Source: Centroscyllium fabricii (Eukaryota). From it: DNA of 64,000 bases. Below the pieces are notes generated by a model. The model had not been told where the DNA came from, did no database searches, and saw nothing but the letters and a program-made list of their open reading frames with translations. Positions 48,143 to 60,474 of the stretch are shown here, one piece after another; position 1 is the first letter of the stretch; each line of letters starts with the position of its first letter. The stretch lies in NCBI GenBank assembly GCA_051313645.2, contig JBNRSN020000003.1, positions 422,034,001 through 422,098,000 of the forward strand, read 5' to 3'. A program made the position numbers and the translations under genes.

Positions 48143-50010
48143 CTGTTTCTCTCTCCACCGATGCTGCCTGGCCTGCTGAGTTTCTCCAGCGTTTTCTGTT
48201 GTTATTTCTAATGTAGTAAATTTCACCCCACCAAAATTAAGCTCACCTCTAATCTACTGTACTGTTAAGTTACAGTAAATACAAAAATAGCACTTACAAA
48301 CAGCTTTTCAATAGACATGCCAGACTAATCATTTGCATTTTCTACAGTGATTAACATGAATTAGTATTTCACTAAATTCAAATTCCACCCTAGGTACTAT
48401 GTAAACAAAACCCATCACTTGCGTTTCATCTGTTGTAACACACTTGAACCTTGTGGCACTCTGGAGTCATGTTGTCAGCAGCATTTGCTGGTTATTTTGC
48501 GCCAACCATTGATCCCAACATGTACTTCCAGAAGTACAGATGATAGAATTTAAAAAAAATGTAATATGCTTTTTAAAATGCAAGCCATGAGTTGGAACTT
48601 TATAAACAATTTAGATAAATAAGCAAGAGCACCACCCACACAATAATTCAGTTATATTACTGTAATTGAATTACTATAATGATGTGCAGCTATTACCTGC
48701 AATTAAACAAATTGTCCACACCAACTCCCCAACTAAATTTACTGTACGAATTGAGTTTCCACTGTGTGCAACTCGGATTTGAAGTCTTATAACCAATTTT
48801 AATAAATTAACACTAATTTGCTTTGAATACCAATAACCAAATGATGTTAGAAACTGACAAAGACAAAGAGTGCACTTACAGAGTAGCTACCAGTTTAAGA
48901 GCCATATCTGTAGTTATTTCAACAGGGCAGAACTTGGTTTACACTGCTTGGGTCCTGCCTGGTTGGAATTTTAACGGTACTGTTTCAGAGAGGTCTCTGT
49001 GCATGTCTGAACCCAAAAATGTCAATGTTTAGAGGGTGGGAGGAATCTCTGCTTAAACGTTTAAATTAAAGTTAGGTAGATTTACAAAGTTAGGTAGATT
49101 TACCAAGTGTCCAAAGGTTCCAAAAGACCATCTAAGTACTTTGCAAACTCCATTCGACACTACACTGTATTTGCACTCATTCCGCTTTGCTCTCGACTCA
49201 CGTTGGGCCCAAACTCTATTTTCACTGCCAGTTTAGCACCAGTGCAGAGCAGAAATTGCTTTCTAGCATTGTTAAGGCACCCTGAGTCACATGCTCCAAA
49301 AGTAATAAGTAACACTTCACAGATCCACATATCATCAGCAACAACCCTTCAGATCAATTTATAATAGGAGAGAAACCCACTGAAGCTCATCTGTTTGCAC
49401 TGCCATCATGGCATTCAACTGTTTTTGAACAACCCCAAATGTCTTGCCTCCATAATTTACTTTGATCACTTATTCCAAAGATATTTCACTCTTCGGTAAA
49501 GAAATCTTCCCTGACATCTTCTAAACATTGTCACCTGATCTTCATTGATAGTTTCTCTTCCTATTTTTATTGGCATATTTTAATGTACTAACTTGGGTCT
49601 ACTTTATCTGCAGATTTAATAGTTTATTATACACTTAGACAAGACCCACACCTCCCCATTCATAAGCTTTTAAAATCTTTCCTCGTAATTTTTACACTTG
49701 GGATCACTCTTGCTGCTTTATTCTGCACTCGAATGTAAGCACTTCTTTTGTGGTGTGGTGTGGCCAAAACTGAACACAGGTTTTGAAGTCATTGCATTGA
49801 AAAGTAGCAACATAACTTCTACATACTTACATTTGACTATTCTGGCTATATGGTCTAACATTAAATTCATTTGTTAATAGCTCTGCTGCATTAGCTGGAC
49901 ATTGAATGCAAGGAGTCTTGTACTGCACCCAGGTCGCTACGTCTCCTTGTACTAATTTAATTTAATTCATATATACTGAAGTTGCATACTTCTTTTCACT
50001 TATATGTAAT

Positions 50011-50777
50011 GGCCTGGAATTTGTGGTCAGCAGCGAAGCAAAGACATGCGTGACTGGCCCCGAAGTACGCGCGGCACAAGGATCTCGCAATCCCTGTGTT
50101 GAGAAGGTCTGGTTTTCTGACCTTGAATTCAATAGACTGTAATGGGGATCCCTTTGTTCGAACTGCTATGATGCCAGCAGGCTGCCTAAGCAGCCAATCA
50201 AAAGGCAGAATTTTCTCAGACAGCGAACAAGAAAGTGTGTACGCTGTTGGAATTATAACTTTTTGAAATAGTTAGCGAGAACAAAACAAAGATCGGGGCT
50301 CTCGCATGGGAAAAGGCAAACCTGAAATAAAGATGGACTAACTTTTTAAAAAATGTAAAAAATGTTTTTTGATAAAGTTTCTCAAAGTTTTTAATTTTTT
50401 ATTAAAATGGACAAATTTCACATTGCACAAAATCTAAAATTAGTTTTCCAGGCCCTTAACATTTGTTTAACAGTCAATATGCTGGTAAAACCCCAGTTAC
50501 ACCTGATCCCTTTGGGTCTAACTTTTAGTGGGGAATTTAACAGCGTAATTACTGCGGAAGAGCCAAAGTTTCCATCAGTTTCAATGATTTGGCTGATTGC
50601 ATAGACTGCCGGCTCTGCGCTGGGGTGGGCACAGCGCAACCTGTTTCGGAGTGGTCATTGACAGACCGTAACTTCGGGATTTCCACATGCGCCAAATCCC
50701 TATGTTGTGGCCAGTTTCAAAGGTGGAATGATGGAACGTTGCCAGTTTGCAGTCATCCTGACCGCAAATTCCGGGCC
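50011..50777 (+). mobile_element. Harbinger-type MITE (older family)
   Basis: AAT|GGCCTGGAATTTGTGGTCAG...CTGACCGCAAATTCCGGGCC|ATT. Confidence 0.8.
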
Positions 50778-50930
50778 ATTATTTTACATTTCTCAGCATC
50801 AATTTTTTACGTTTGTTTAACAACGTAACGGATTTAAACCATTTTGCCAATAATCTGCTGCATCTGCATTCTCCACTGTCCTTTTAATTTTGTGTCATCA
50901 GCACATTTTTAAAGTTGATTTCGGTATCCA

Positions 50931-51298
50931 CAGAAACACACAAGATAGGAGGAGGAGTAGGCCAGTCGGCCCTTCGAGCCTGCTCCGCCATTTTGATGAG
51001 ATCATGGCTGATCATCCAAACCCAGCACCCCCCTCCTACCCTCTCCCCATATCCCCCGACACCCCCAACTCTAAGAACTACATCTCACACACAACTCATG
51101 GGCAATTTTTTAGTATCTCCAATTCCCCTAACCTGCATGTCTTTGGGTGGTGGGAGGAAACCGGAGTACCCGGAGGAAACCCACACGAACACGGGGAGAA
51201 CATGCAAACTCCACGCAGAGGTGTCCCGGGCCAAGCAGGATTCGAACCCAGGAGCTCCTTATTGCGAGGCAGCAGTGCTAACCACTGCGCCACCGTGC
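50931..51298 (-). mobile_element. V-SINE variant (tRNA head, V-like core, CR1 tail)
   Basis: Minus strand GGCACGGTGGCGCAGTGGTTAGCAC...GGGTTCGAATCC, core GTGGAGTTTGCATGTTCTCCCCGTG and CR1-type tail; middle region differs from the 4149 and 60829 copies. Confidence 0.85.
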
Positions 51299-51346
51299 CA
51301 TCCACATCATTTATGTAGATTAGGAACAGCAGGGTCCCAAGCACTG

Positions 51347-52507
51347 AAACATAGAAGATAGGAGCAGGAGTAGGCCATTCGGCCCTTCGAGCCTGCTCCG
51401 CCATTCAATGAGATCATGGCTGATCTTTGGCTGAGATCATGGCTGATCTTTCAAGTTCAGTACCCCGTCCCCGCCTTCTCTCTGTAACCCTTAATCCCTT
51501 TAGCCTGAAGAAATATATCCAATTCCCTCTTAAATATATTTAATGAACTGGCCTCCACTGCCCTCTGTGGCAAGGAATTCCACAGGCTCACCACTCTCTG
51601 GGTGAAGAAATTCTTCCTCATATCTGTCCTAAATGGTTTACCCCTTATTCTTAGACTGTGGCCCCTGGTTCTGGACTCCCCCGCCATTGGAAACATTCTT
51701 TCTGAATCTAACCTGTCCAGGCCTGTCAGAATTTTATATGTTTCGATGAGATCCCCTCTCAATCTTCTAAACTCCAGCGAGTACAAGCCCAAACTACACA
51801 ATCTCTCCTCGTAGGTCATTCCTGCCATTCCAGGTATCATCCTGGTGAATCGCCGCTGCACTCCTTCCATGGCAAGAACATCCTTCCTCAGATGAGGTGA
51901 CCAAAACTGTACACAATACTCAAGGTGTGGTCTCACCAGTGCCTTGTACAGCTGTAGTAAGGTATCCCTATTCCTATACTCGAACCCTCTTGATATGAAG
52001 GCCAACATACCATTTGCCTTCTTAACTGCCTGTTGCACCTGCATGCTCGCCCTCAGTGACTGGTGCACAAGAACACCCAGGTCTCTCTGCACTTCCCCAT
52101 CTCCCAATCTATTGCCATTTAAATAATAATCTGCCCTCCTGTTTTTGCCCCCAAAGTGGATAACCTCACATTTATCCACATTATAGTGCATTTGCCATGT
52201 ATCTGCCCATTACCCCAACTTGTCCAAATCGCACTGGAGCTTCCTGACATCCTCTTCAGAGCTCACCCCCCCTCCTAGTTTAGTGTCGTCTGCAAATTTG
52301 GAGATGTTGCATCCAATTCCATGGTCCAGATCATTAATATATATTGTGAACAGCTGGGGTCCCAGGACAGATCCCTGCGGCACCCCACTAGTCACCGCCT
52401 GCCACTCAGAAAACGAGCCGTTTATTCCAACTCTCTGTTTTCTATCTGCCAGCCAGTTCTCTATCCACGTCAATACTTTGCCCCCAATCCCATGACCCTT
52501 TAACCTT
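51347..52507 (-). mobile_element. Young CR1 LINE 3' fragment (RT C-terminal half)
   Basis: ORFs 52210-52473 and 51457-52191 are in one frame, separated by a stop: [10 protein letters not shown]...FADDTKL...LVRPHLEYCVQFWSP...WNSLP. Confidence 0.96.
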
Positions 52508-52699
52508 TGTAGAACTTCACTTAGCTTTCCCTTCCCTCCATTTTGGTGTCATACCCTCTCAGAAGCACTCCTGGTTTACCTATTTTTAACCCGTTACCTG
52601 TCAGCCTATATTCTTCCTTGAATTCTTGCGGCTTTCAGTTTAAACTGAAAGTCTTTCACATAGCACTTGCAAAAAGCATTATGAGAGTCTAAATATATT

Positions 52700-53414
52700 G
52701 GGCTGGATATTCCGACTCCCATGGGTGCGTACGAGGTGTGTACGCACCCATATGAGCTTCCCAAGTGCTGGTCTCAGGCATGTGAAACGCAGGCATTAAA
52801 ACCCGGCACATCCGATCCATCAAGAATTCTCTTGACCGATTGCACGCCTGCTCAGGAGAAGGGCAGAGTTCCGCTTCCTGTACAACCTCCGCCCGCTGAA
52901 TACCTTTAATAATCTTACTACACCTGGTAAAAGCAGCATAAGAGTTTAAAAAATATATTTTAAGATTATTTTCCCCCCACTCATTTATAATTTAAAAATA
53001 CTTTCAAAAAAAGTTTATTTTTAGTCTTGTAAAAACAATCTCACAAAAATTAAATGTTTAAAATATTTAATGTAATTTTAACTAACTTTAAATATGACCT
53101 TTTAAAAATTTGACTTAATGTGTAACTGTGTTTAAGTGATTGCCATTCATACTTTTGACAGATCTATGCATCGAGACCTGTCACAAGTGTGTAGGGGGGA
53201 TTCCGGTCTTTGATTGGTTCCCCATGGCCTACGTGGTCCCAGGGTTGCTTACGAATTGCCTGCGCCCCAGGATACCTGGGCCTCTGCCCGCACGGACCCG
53301 GAGAGGCCCAGGATCGCAAGTCTCGGGATCTACGGAGCCAGCAGGTAAGTGCAAAGATTTTTCCCGATCGGAGACATCCGCACGCAGGAAGCCTCCGATC
53401 GGAAAATCCGGCCC
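52700..53414 (+). mobile_element. Harbinger-type MITE, diverged relative of family D
   Basis: ATT|GGGCTGGATATTCCGA...TCGGAAAATCCGGCCC|ATT; shares TTTGACAGATC..CTGTCA and AGGTAAGTGCA...GCCTCCGA motifs with family D. Confidence 0.82.
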
Positions 53415-54808
53415 ATTATTTTATGTTGTCTGCATATCTGCAGCATCCTCAAATAAGTTGAGATGCTTTATCAAGCAGGACCTAGCCCATCTAACCCTGC
53501 TGCTGGCAGTTTCTTATACTTATGAACTCAAGCCAGACTATTTCATTTTATCAATGGAAGAGACATGTCACATAGTAAATTAAAGGCAAAATTTAGTGGC
53601 AGTGTAAGGAAAAATGAACAGAATGAGTGATACTCTTCAACTTTCCTTTAATTTCCACTTCCTTCCCTTGATGGAAGGGTTTTGCCTTCTGTTTGGCAAC
53701 CCAGGTATCTCCAGCTGAGATCAAATAATTCACATTGTGGGGGGATGTCAAGAACAGGCCCGCACACAGACTTGAAGCATAGTGACAATTTCAGCCAGAT
53801 GCATACATGCAGTTCTGTCTCCGTACTAAATAAGGACTTCTAATTGAGCTGTGGACTGTACAAATTACTATGCACGCCTGTTAAGAACATAAGAAATAGG
53901 AGCAGGAGATGGCCATTTGGCCCTTCCAGCCACTTCCGCCATTCAATAAAATCATGGCTGATCTTCTACCTCATCTCCACTTCCCTGCACTCTACCCATA
54001 TCCCTTGATTCCCTTAATATCCAAAAATCTATCGATCTCTATCTTGAATATACTCAATGACTGAGTCTCCACAGCCCTCTGGGGTAGAGAATTCCAAAGA
54101 TTCACTACCCTCAGTGAAGAAACTTCTCCTCATCTCAGTCCTAACTGGCCGACCCCTTATTCTGAGACTGTGACCCCTGGTTCCAGACTCCCCAGCTAGG
54201 GGAAACATCCTCCCTGCATCTACCCGGCCAATCCCTGTAAGAAGTTTGTATGCTTCAATGAGATCACCTCGCATTCTTCTAAATTCTAGGGAATATAGGC
54301 CTAGTCGACTCAATCTCTCCTCATAGGTCAATCCCCCCATCCCAGGAACCAGTCTGGTGAACCTTCGTTGCACTCCCTCTATGACAAGTATATCGTTCCT
54401 TAGGTAAGGAGACCAAAACTGTACACAATACTCCAGTTGCTGTTCCACCAGGGCCCTATATAATTGCAGTTAGACATCTTTACTGTTATACTCAAATCCT
54501 CTTGTAATAATGGCCAACATACCATTTGCTTTCCTAACTGCTTGCATGTTAACTTTCAGTGATTCGTGTATGGCACCACCCAGGTCCCTCTGAACACCAA
54601 CATTTCCCAATCTCTCACCATTTAAAAAATACTCTGCTTTTCTATTTTTCCTACCAAAGTGGATAACTTCACGTTTCTCCACATTATATTCCATTTGTCA
54701 TGTTGTTGCCCACTCATTTAGCTGGTCTATATCCCCTTGAAGCCTCTTTGCATCCTCCTCACAACTTACATCCCCACCCAGTTTGTATCATCAGAAAACT
54801 TCGATATA

Positions 54809-55788
54809 CAGGTTGAGCACCGTTAATCCGGTAACCGAATAGCCGGCAGCTTCAGTCTGCCGGCACAAATTGCCCCGACTGCACTGCGCATGCGCAAAAT
54901 GGCAGCCGCCATCGTGGCTTCAACGAATGATCTGCGCATGCGCCGAGCGCATGCGCAGATCATTCAAAACAGCTGCGGGTGTTTTGAATGATCTGCGCAT
55001 GCGTCGCCGGAAGGTTAGCGCATGCGCAGATAATTCAATACGGCCGCCGGTTATTTTATCGATAACTGTAATTGAAGCCATGATGTGGAGGTGCTGGTGT
55101 TGGACTGGGATGGACAATTGTAAGAAGCCACACAGCACCAGGCTGTAGTCCAAAAGTCCCACTCGAAATCACGAGCCTTCGGAGCGCCGCTCCCCCATCA
55201 CCTGACGGGGAAGCGGCGCTCCGAAAGCCCGTGACCCCAACTAAAACCGTTGGACCACAGCCTGGCGCCGTGTGACCTCTTACAATTGAAAGCAAAACGG
55301 GATTGGATAAATTGCCCCCCCGCCGACCCGCGCCACCCTCCTTTCCACCCCCCCCCCCCCCCCCCGGACCCGTGCCACAATCCTTTCCCCCCCCCCCCCC
55401 CGACACAATCCTTCCCCCCCCCGACACAATCCTTTCCCCCCCCCCCCCGCCCCCGGACCCGCGCCTTCCTCCTTCCCCCCCCCGAGCCTTCCTCCTCCCC
55501 CACCCCCACCCCCGACCCGCGCCGCGCCACCCTCCTGCCTCCCCCCGCAAGACCGGCCTTTCACTGCTGCCCGACAGCCACAAAAGCCTGAGCCCATCAA
55601 AAAACTTCGCGGCGGCCAATATTGGACGATCTGCGCATGCGCGCGACAGCCAATAACAATGTTGCGCGCATGCGCGCTGCCATTTTGACTGGTGCGCATG
55701 CGCAGTGTCCAAACTCGTTCTCCCGGTTTTTTCCATTTCCCGGCACGGGCCTGGTCCCGCCCGTGCCGGATTAACGGTGCTCAACCTG
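54809..55788. mobile_element. Tc1/mariner MITE family A, long subtype, inserted in CR1
   Basis: TA|CAGGTTGAGCACCGTTAATCCGG...CCGGATTAACGGTGCTCAACCTG|TA perfect 23-bp TIR; contains a PLE-derived hairpin insert and C-rich tracts. Confidence 0.92.
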
Positions 55789-56416
55789 TATTACATTTGG
55801 TCCCCTTATCCAAATCATTAATGTAGATTGTGAATAGCTGAGGCCCGAGCACTGATCCTTGCGATACCCCACTCGTTACAGCCTGCCAACCCAAAAATGA
55901 CCCGTTTATTCCTACTCTCTGTTTTCTGTCCGTTAACCAATCCTCAATCCATGCCAGTATATTACCCCCAATCCCATGAGCCCTAGTTTTGTTTAATAAC
56001 CTCTTTGGCACTTTATCAAATGCCTTCTGAAAATCCAAATACACCACATCCACTGGTTCCCCTTCATCTATTCTGCTAGTTACAACCTCAAAAAACTTTG
56101 TCAAACACGATTTCCCTTTCATAAATCCGGGGTGACTCTGCCCAATCCTATTATTATTTTCGTCCTTAATAATAGATTTTAGCATTTTCCCTACGACTGT
56201 TGTCAGGCTAACTGGTCTGTGGTTCCCCATTTTCTCTCCCCCTCCTTTCTTTCTTGAATGTGGGGTTACATTTGCTACCTCTCAATCCGCGGGAACCATT
56301 CTAGAATCTATGGAATTTTGGAAAATGACAACCAATGCATCTACTATCTCTATAGCCAACTCTTTCAAAACCCGAGGATGCAGGCCATCAGGTCCAGGGG
56401 ATTTGTCAGCTTTTAA

Positions 56417-56999
56417 GGCCCTGTCACACCTAGACGTTTTAGCCAGCGTATGCAAATTTGGCTAAAACGCTGAACTTTTGACTTTTTTTCAGTTTTGGGC
56501 GTATAATAGCGTATGCATAACGTATTAGTAACGTACACAGAACGTATCGATAACTTAGATAACTTATACCAACGAATGCTTAGCGTGTTGTCGGCGTTCT
56601 CAACTTATGCCCAACGATAGTCTAACGTATGCATAGCGCGCGGCAGCGTATCGCCGACGTTTTAGATAAATGTTGATACGTTGGCATACGAAATCGTCAA
56701 GGTGTGACAGGGCATGACAGGGGCACAGGTAAGGTGTGTTCAACGATCGCCTAACGTGCCTACAACGTATGGCCAGCGTATGCGGAACGTGTGAATCATA
56801 CGCTAGATACGTCGAGATTTTTTGTGCATGCTCAAAAATTCTCGACTTACTCGAAGTACAACGACGTATGCAACGTATGCCCAGCGTATGCCAGCGTTCT
56901 CGTAACGTATGCATAACGTACCCATAACGTATCCGACGTAACCCAGCGTTTTAGCCAAATTTGCATACGCTGGCTAAAACGTCAAGGTGTGACAGGGCC
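56417..56999. mobile_element. Young non-autonomous DNA transposon with long TIRs, TTAA-flanked (superfamily uncertain)
   Basis: TTAA|GGCCCTGTCACACCTAGACGTTTTAGCCAGCGTATGCAAATTTGGCTAAAACGCTG...near-exact reverse complement|TTAA (about 56-bp TIR, 1 mismatch); inserted in CR1. Confidence 0.9.
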
Positions 57000-57605
57000 T
57001 TAAGTCCCATTAATTTCTCCAGTACTATTTTTTTTTACTAATATTAATTTCTGTCAGTTCCTCATTCTCGCTAGACCCTTGGTTCTCCACTATTTCCAGG
57101 ATGTTTTCTGTGTCTTCTTCCTTGAACACCATACACCTGGCATTTGGCATATCTTTAGCAATCGTTTATTAATTTAATCATTTGTAACTTCAAAATTATT
57201 TTTTGGTTGTTTGACCAACATACCTTTTTAATTAGAACTAAATGGATTAATTAATACATAAACTTTAATCATTGGGCAAGAACTGATAAATCGAGCAAAG
57301 CTATAGTTTATTAAAAGTTTGCACAACTGTGGGAAATAAAACCTGCATTGAAGACATACAAACATCATTACCAAATCATTTACTCAGGAAAAATGTAACC
57401 ATTGAACAATTATCATCCTAAAAGTTCTGTTAGTGCAAAATGTGGCAAAGTCAAAAACTCCTGAAATTTTGTAGATTACAATATCCTCTTAACATTTTGA
57501 CAAGATGAAAATAGTCTGCATTGGTCATCAGAAAAAGGGACACGTTCTTGTGTTGCATTAAACTACAATAGCAGATCCATGCCAAAAAACTCTCATCCTT
57601 CGAAA

Positions 57606-57850
57606 GAAACATAGAAATTAGGAGGAGTAGGCCATTCGGCCCTTCGAGCCTGCTCCGCCATTCAATGAGATCATGGCTGATCATCCAAACCCAGTATCCC
57701 GCCCCTGCCCTCTCCCCATATCCCTCGATCCCTATCAAGCCTGCATCAACACATATCCCACCCTATCCCCGTAACCCCACATATTCAATCCCCCTAACAC
57801 TAAGGGTCAATTTATCCTGGCCAATCAACCTAACCCGCACATCTTTGGAC
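57606..57850 (-). mobile_element. 5'-truncated HE1-like V-SINE
   Basis: Near-identical to 4155-4403. Confidence 0.88.
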
Positions 57851-58237
57851 TCTCCACCCCGCCCAAACCCATGTGATCACCTGGGAGAGGCGAAAAACCA
57901 GATAAAAAACCCAGTAGCCAATTTGGGAGAAAAAAAATCAGGAAAATTCCTCTCTGACCCATCTAGGCGATCGAAAACTGGTCCAGGAGATCACATGGTC
58001 GATCTGAACCTAGCCTCACGTCCACTTACCTGCCCGCTCACCATAACCCCTAATTCCCTTTACTTCCAGGAAACTGTCTATCTCTGTTTTAAATTTATTC
58101 AATATAGTAGCTTCCACAGTTTTAAAATTCCCAATAGTTACAATCCTTCAAGTTCCTCTTAATTTACAAATACACAAATTACAACTAGATATAAATTTCA
58201 CCAGATAAAATTTAATTAGACTCAAAGATATAAAGTA

Positions 58238-58556
58238 CAGGTACACAACCCTTTATCCGCAAACCTCGGTACCGGGCGGGTGTCGGTTTTCGGATAAATA
58301 CGGTTTTGAGAGTTGGCCCCAGTGCGCATGCGCATTCCCGTGTTTGCGGCCCAGCTCGCAGCCGGGGAACGGTATATCGGCCGTTTGCAGGAGGAGACCG
58401 GCCCTTTGCAGGAGGAGATCGGCCGTTTTTTTCCTCAGCACGGCATCAACAGCACGAGATCTGCTGCAGCTTAAATCATTTTTTTCTTAAATAAATTGAA
58501 GAAAAACTTCGGTTTTTGGAGCTTTTCAGAGTAGCGGATAAGGGATTGTGTACCTG
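58238..58556. mobile_element. Tigger-like MITE family B
   Basis: TA|CAGGTACACAACCCTTTATCCGC...GCGGATAAGGGATTGTGTACCTG|TA. Confidence 0.9.
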
Positions 58557-58929
58557 TATTGGTACGGAAAAGGTGAAACAGAATTCACCTTTGAATGGGT
58601 TGTTGTACTGTAAAAACTAATGAAACTGGATTACAATCAGATTGAGATCCCAGCAACTCTTTCCAAATACATAAATGTCTCAATTTGTTGAGATCATAAG
58701 ATTCTTTGATCTGAAAGCCTAGAGATCAGCAAATCTTTCAAATCTAGTTAAAAGAAATACCATCAACTTCAACATCCTCTTGTTTTCTACTTTCAATTTG
58801 AATGTTATTTGTGTTTCAATGCTGGTCGCATCAGAAGAATTGGTTTGGGGTTGGGGGTGGGGGGTAAAAGGAAGAGAGGGTTACTGAAGCCTGAAACAGC
58901 TGAATGTAGTAGATACAAAGAGAACGTTT

Positions 58930-59460
58930 TCAATCTTGTATTTCAACTATGTATGTTAATTCAGCTCCCTCACACTGCCAGGCTCAGTAATTCCTCCTCG
59001 TCAGTTGCTCCGATGAAGTAATTAGCACTCAAATGATTGAAACAAAAGGAAAATAAACCAAAAATCACTGTCAAGGTTAATCATAATTCTTTGCAATGTT
59101 TAGGTTTTAAAAGGGCTACTGAAGGGAAAATCCCTCATTCAAGTCTTGCTTCTACTTGAAATGCAAAGAATATCTATGGTATCTGTCATACGTTTGTCCT
59201 AAAATCAATGACACGCATTTCTCCCCCTCCCCCGCCCCATCATCTTTTTACAGCTAAATCTAGAGTGTTAGCTGTTTTGGAGCAAAATTATTCAGATCGC
59301 AAGTTAAAAATGCAACTACAACCTCTATAATGGTTAATGTGGGATTTTTTGATCGAGGATTTTAGAATTAAACAGGCTGAGGCACGTCACTTCAGAGCTG
59401 AAGTTGCTGATACTACATTTGCACTGACACCATGTTGAAACAGAAGAGATAAGGGTGCAG
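58930..59460. promoter_or_regulatory. Candidate conserved non-coding element
   Basis: TE-free, motif-dense block (TTAATT, GTAATTAG, TGATTGA next to AACAAAAG, TGTCAAGGTTAATC). Conservation unverified. Confidence 0.35.
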
Positions 59461-59772
59461 TCAGTTTCTGCCAAAATCTTCAAATTTTCCCTTTTTGCAA
59501 AGGAATGTTAAGGCACATGTTCCTTCATCAATCACAGTAGTTGCAAACAATCATTTAATATTTTATATCAATGATAGTTATCAAAACCTGCCATCTGTAT
59601 ATTGCATTTTTAAATCAGATTAAGTACATTATGTAAATATCCCAAATCTTTATAGTTTTTTTTATTTTTTTAAAGGACAACCATTTCAAACATGCATGTT
59701 TCTAATCAGTGTTTTGCTGACACATGTATTTTGAAAATTAAGCTTGTTCAAAAGTTAAAAGGTCAAACTTAC

Positions 59773-59880
59773 TGTACTCTCTGACCAGACAGAATTCCAA
59801 AGTGCTCTGACTCTCTAAGGTACGATCTAAATCTACAGCTACGTTAGGTTCATTTTGCTTCTCAAGCCGATACTGATGCC
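59773..59880 (-). CDS. MAPKAP1: MAPKAP1/SIN1 internal coding exon (108 bp, phase 1-1), C-terminal part of Ras-binding domain
   Basis: Reverse complement ttccag|GG CAT CAG TAT...GAG TAC A|gtaag translates (G)[35 protein letters not shown](S). This matches recalled human SIN1 [37 protein letters not shown]. Canonical AG/GT sites and a polypyrimidine tract. Confidence 0.96.
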
Positions 59881-60198
59881 CTGGAACGAAAAAAAGGCCA
59901 GCAAATAATGTGAATGAGAAACTTTCATGCTAATTGTGCAGAAACTGTAGTTAAAACACTTCAAAAATTAGGGTATATATTCTCTCCCCCATCCCAATGC
60001 AAAAAATGCCCTAAGTTGATTACAATGTATTAAAGCATCTTTTCACCAAAATCAGTGGGAATTTTTATTTTGTGGTCAAGACCAAAAAAAGGTAAATTGC
60101 TTCACGTACCAAGTGTAACTCAACATAGAATTTGAATACAAGATGGAGTTTCTGCTAGGTCATGCAGCAATTTACAGCAGTCTGCAGACATCAAACTA

Positions 60199-60474
60199 CA
60201 GGTTGAGCACCGTTAATCCGGCACCCTCGGGACCAGGCTGGTGCTGGATTACTGAAAATTCCAGACCACTGAAGGTTCGGGGGGAGCGCGCGGATAGAAC
60301 ACTCCCCGGGGCCCGGAGGTAGAACACTGTCCAGCAGCAACCCAAACGCCAGACGCTCGCCCACCCTTCGCGGGAACCGGCGGCGGCGCCGAGCGGCTGC
60401 TCCACAAACTGAAGGCCGCCGGTTTCGATTCGTGCCGAACCACTGAAGTTGCCGGACCATCGGTGCTCAACCTG
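60199..60474. mobile_element. Tc1/mariner MITE family A, short subtype
   Basis: TA|CAGGTTGAGCACCG...CGGTGCTCAACCTG|TA. Confidence 0.9.

Larger units (their letters stand above)
53884..57125 (-). mobile_element. CR1 LINE remnant interrupted by two DNA transposons
   Basis: [14 protein letters not shown]...[15 protein letters not shown]...QGSVLGP (55781-56230) continues below 54809 into the RT C-terminus and 3' UTR. Confidence 0.93.

Noticed and set aside
51457-52191. 244-aa ORF as a host gene
   Set aside because: It is the C-terminus of a 5'-truncated CR1 ORF2 with several paralogs in the window.
55056-55784. 242-aa Gly-rich ORF and overlapping Pro-rich ORFs
   Set aside because: Low-complexity G/C tracts inside a MITE; the lack of stops reflects composition.
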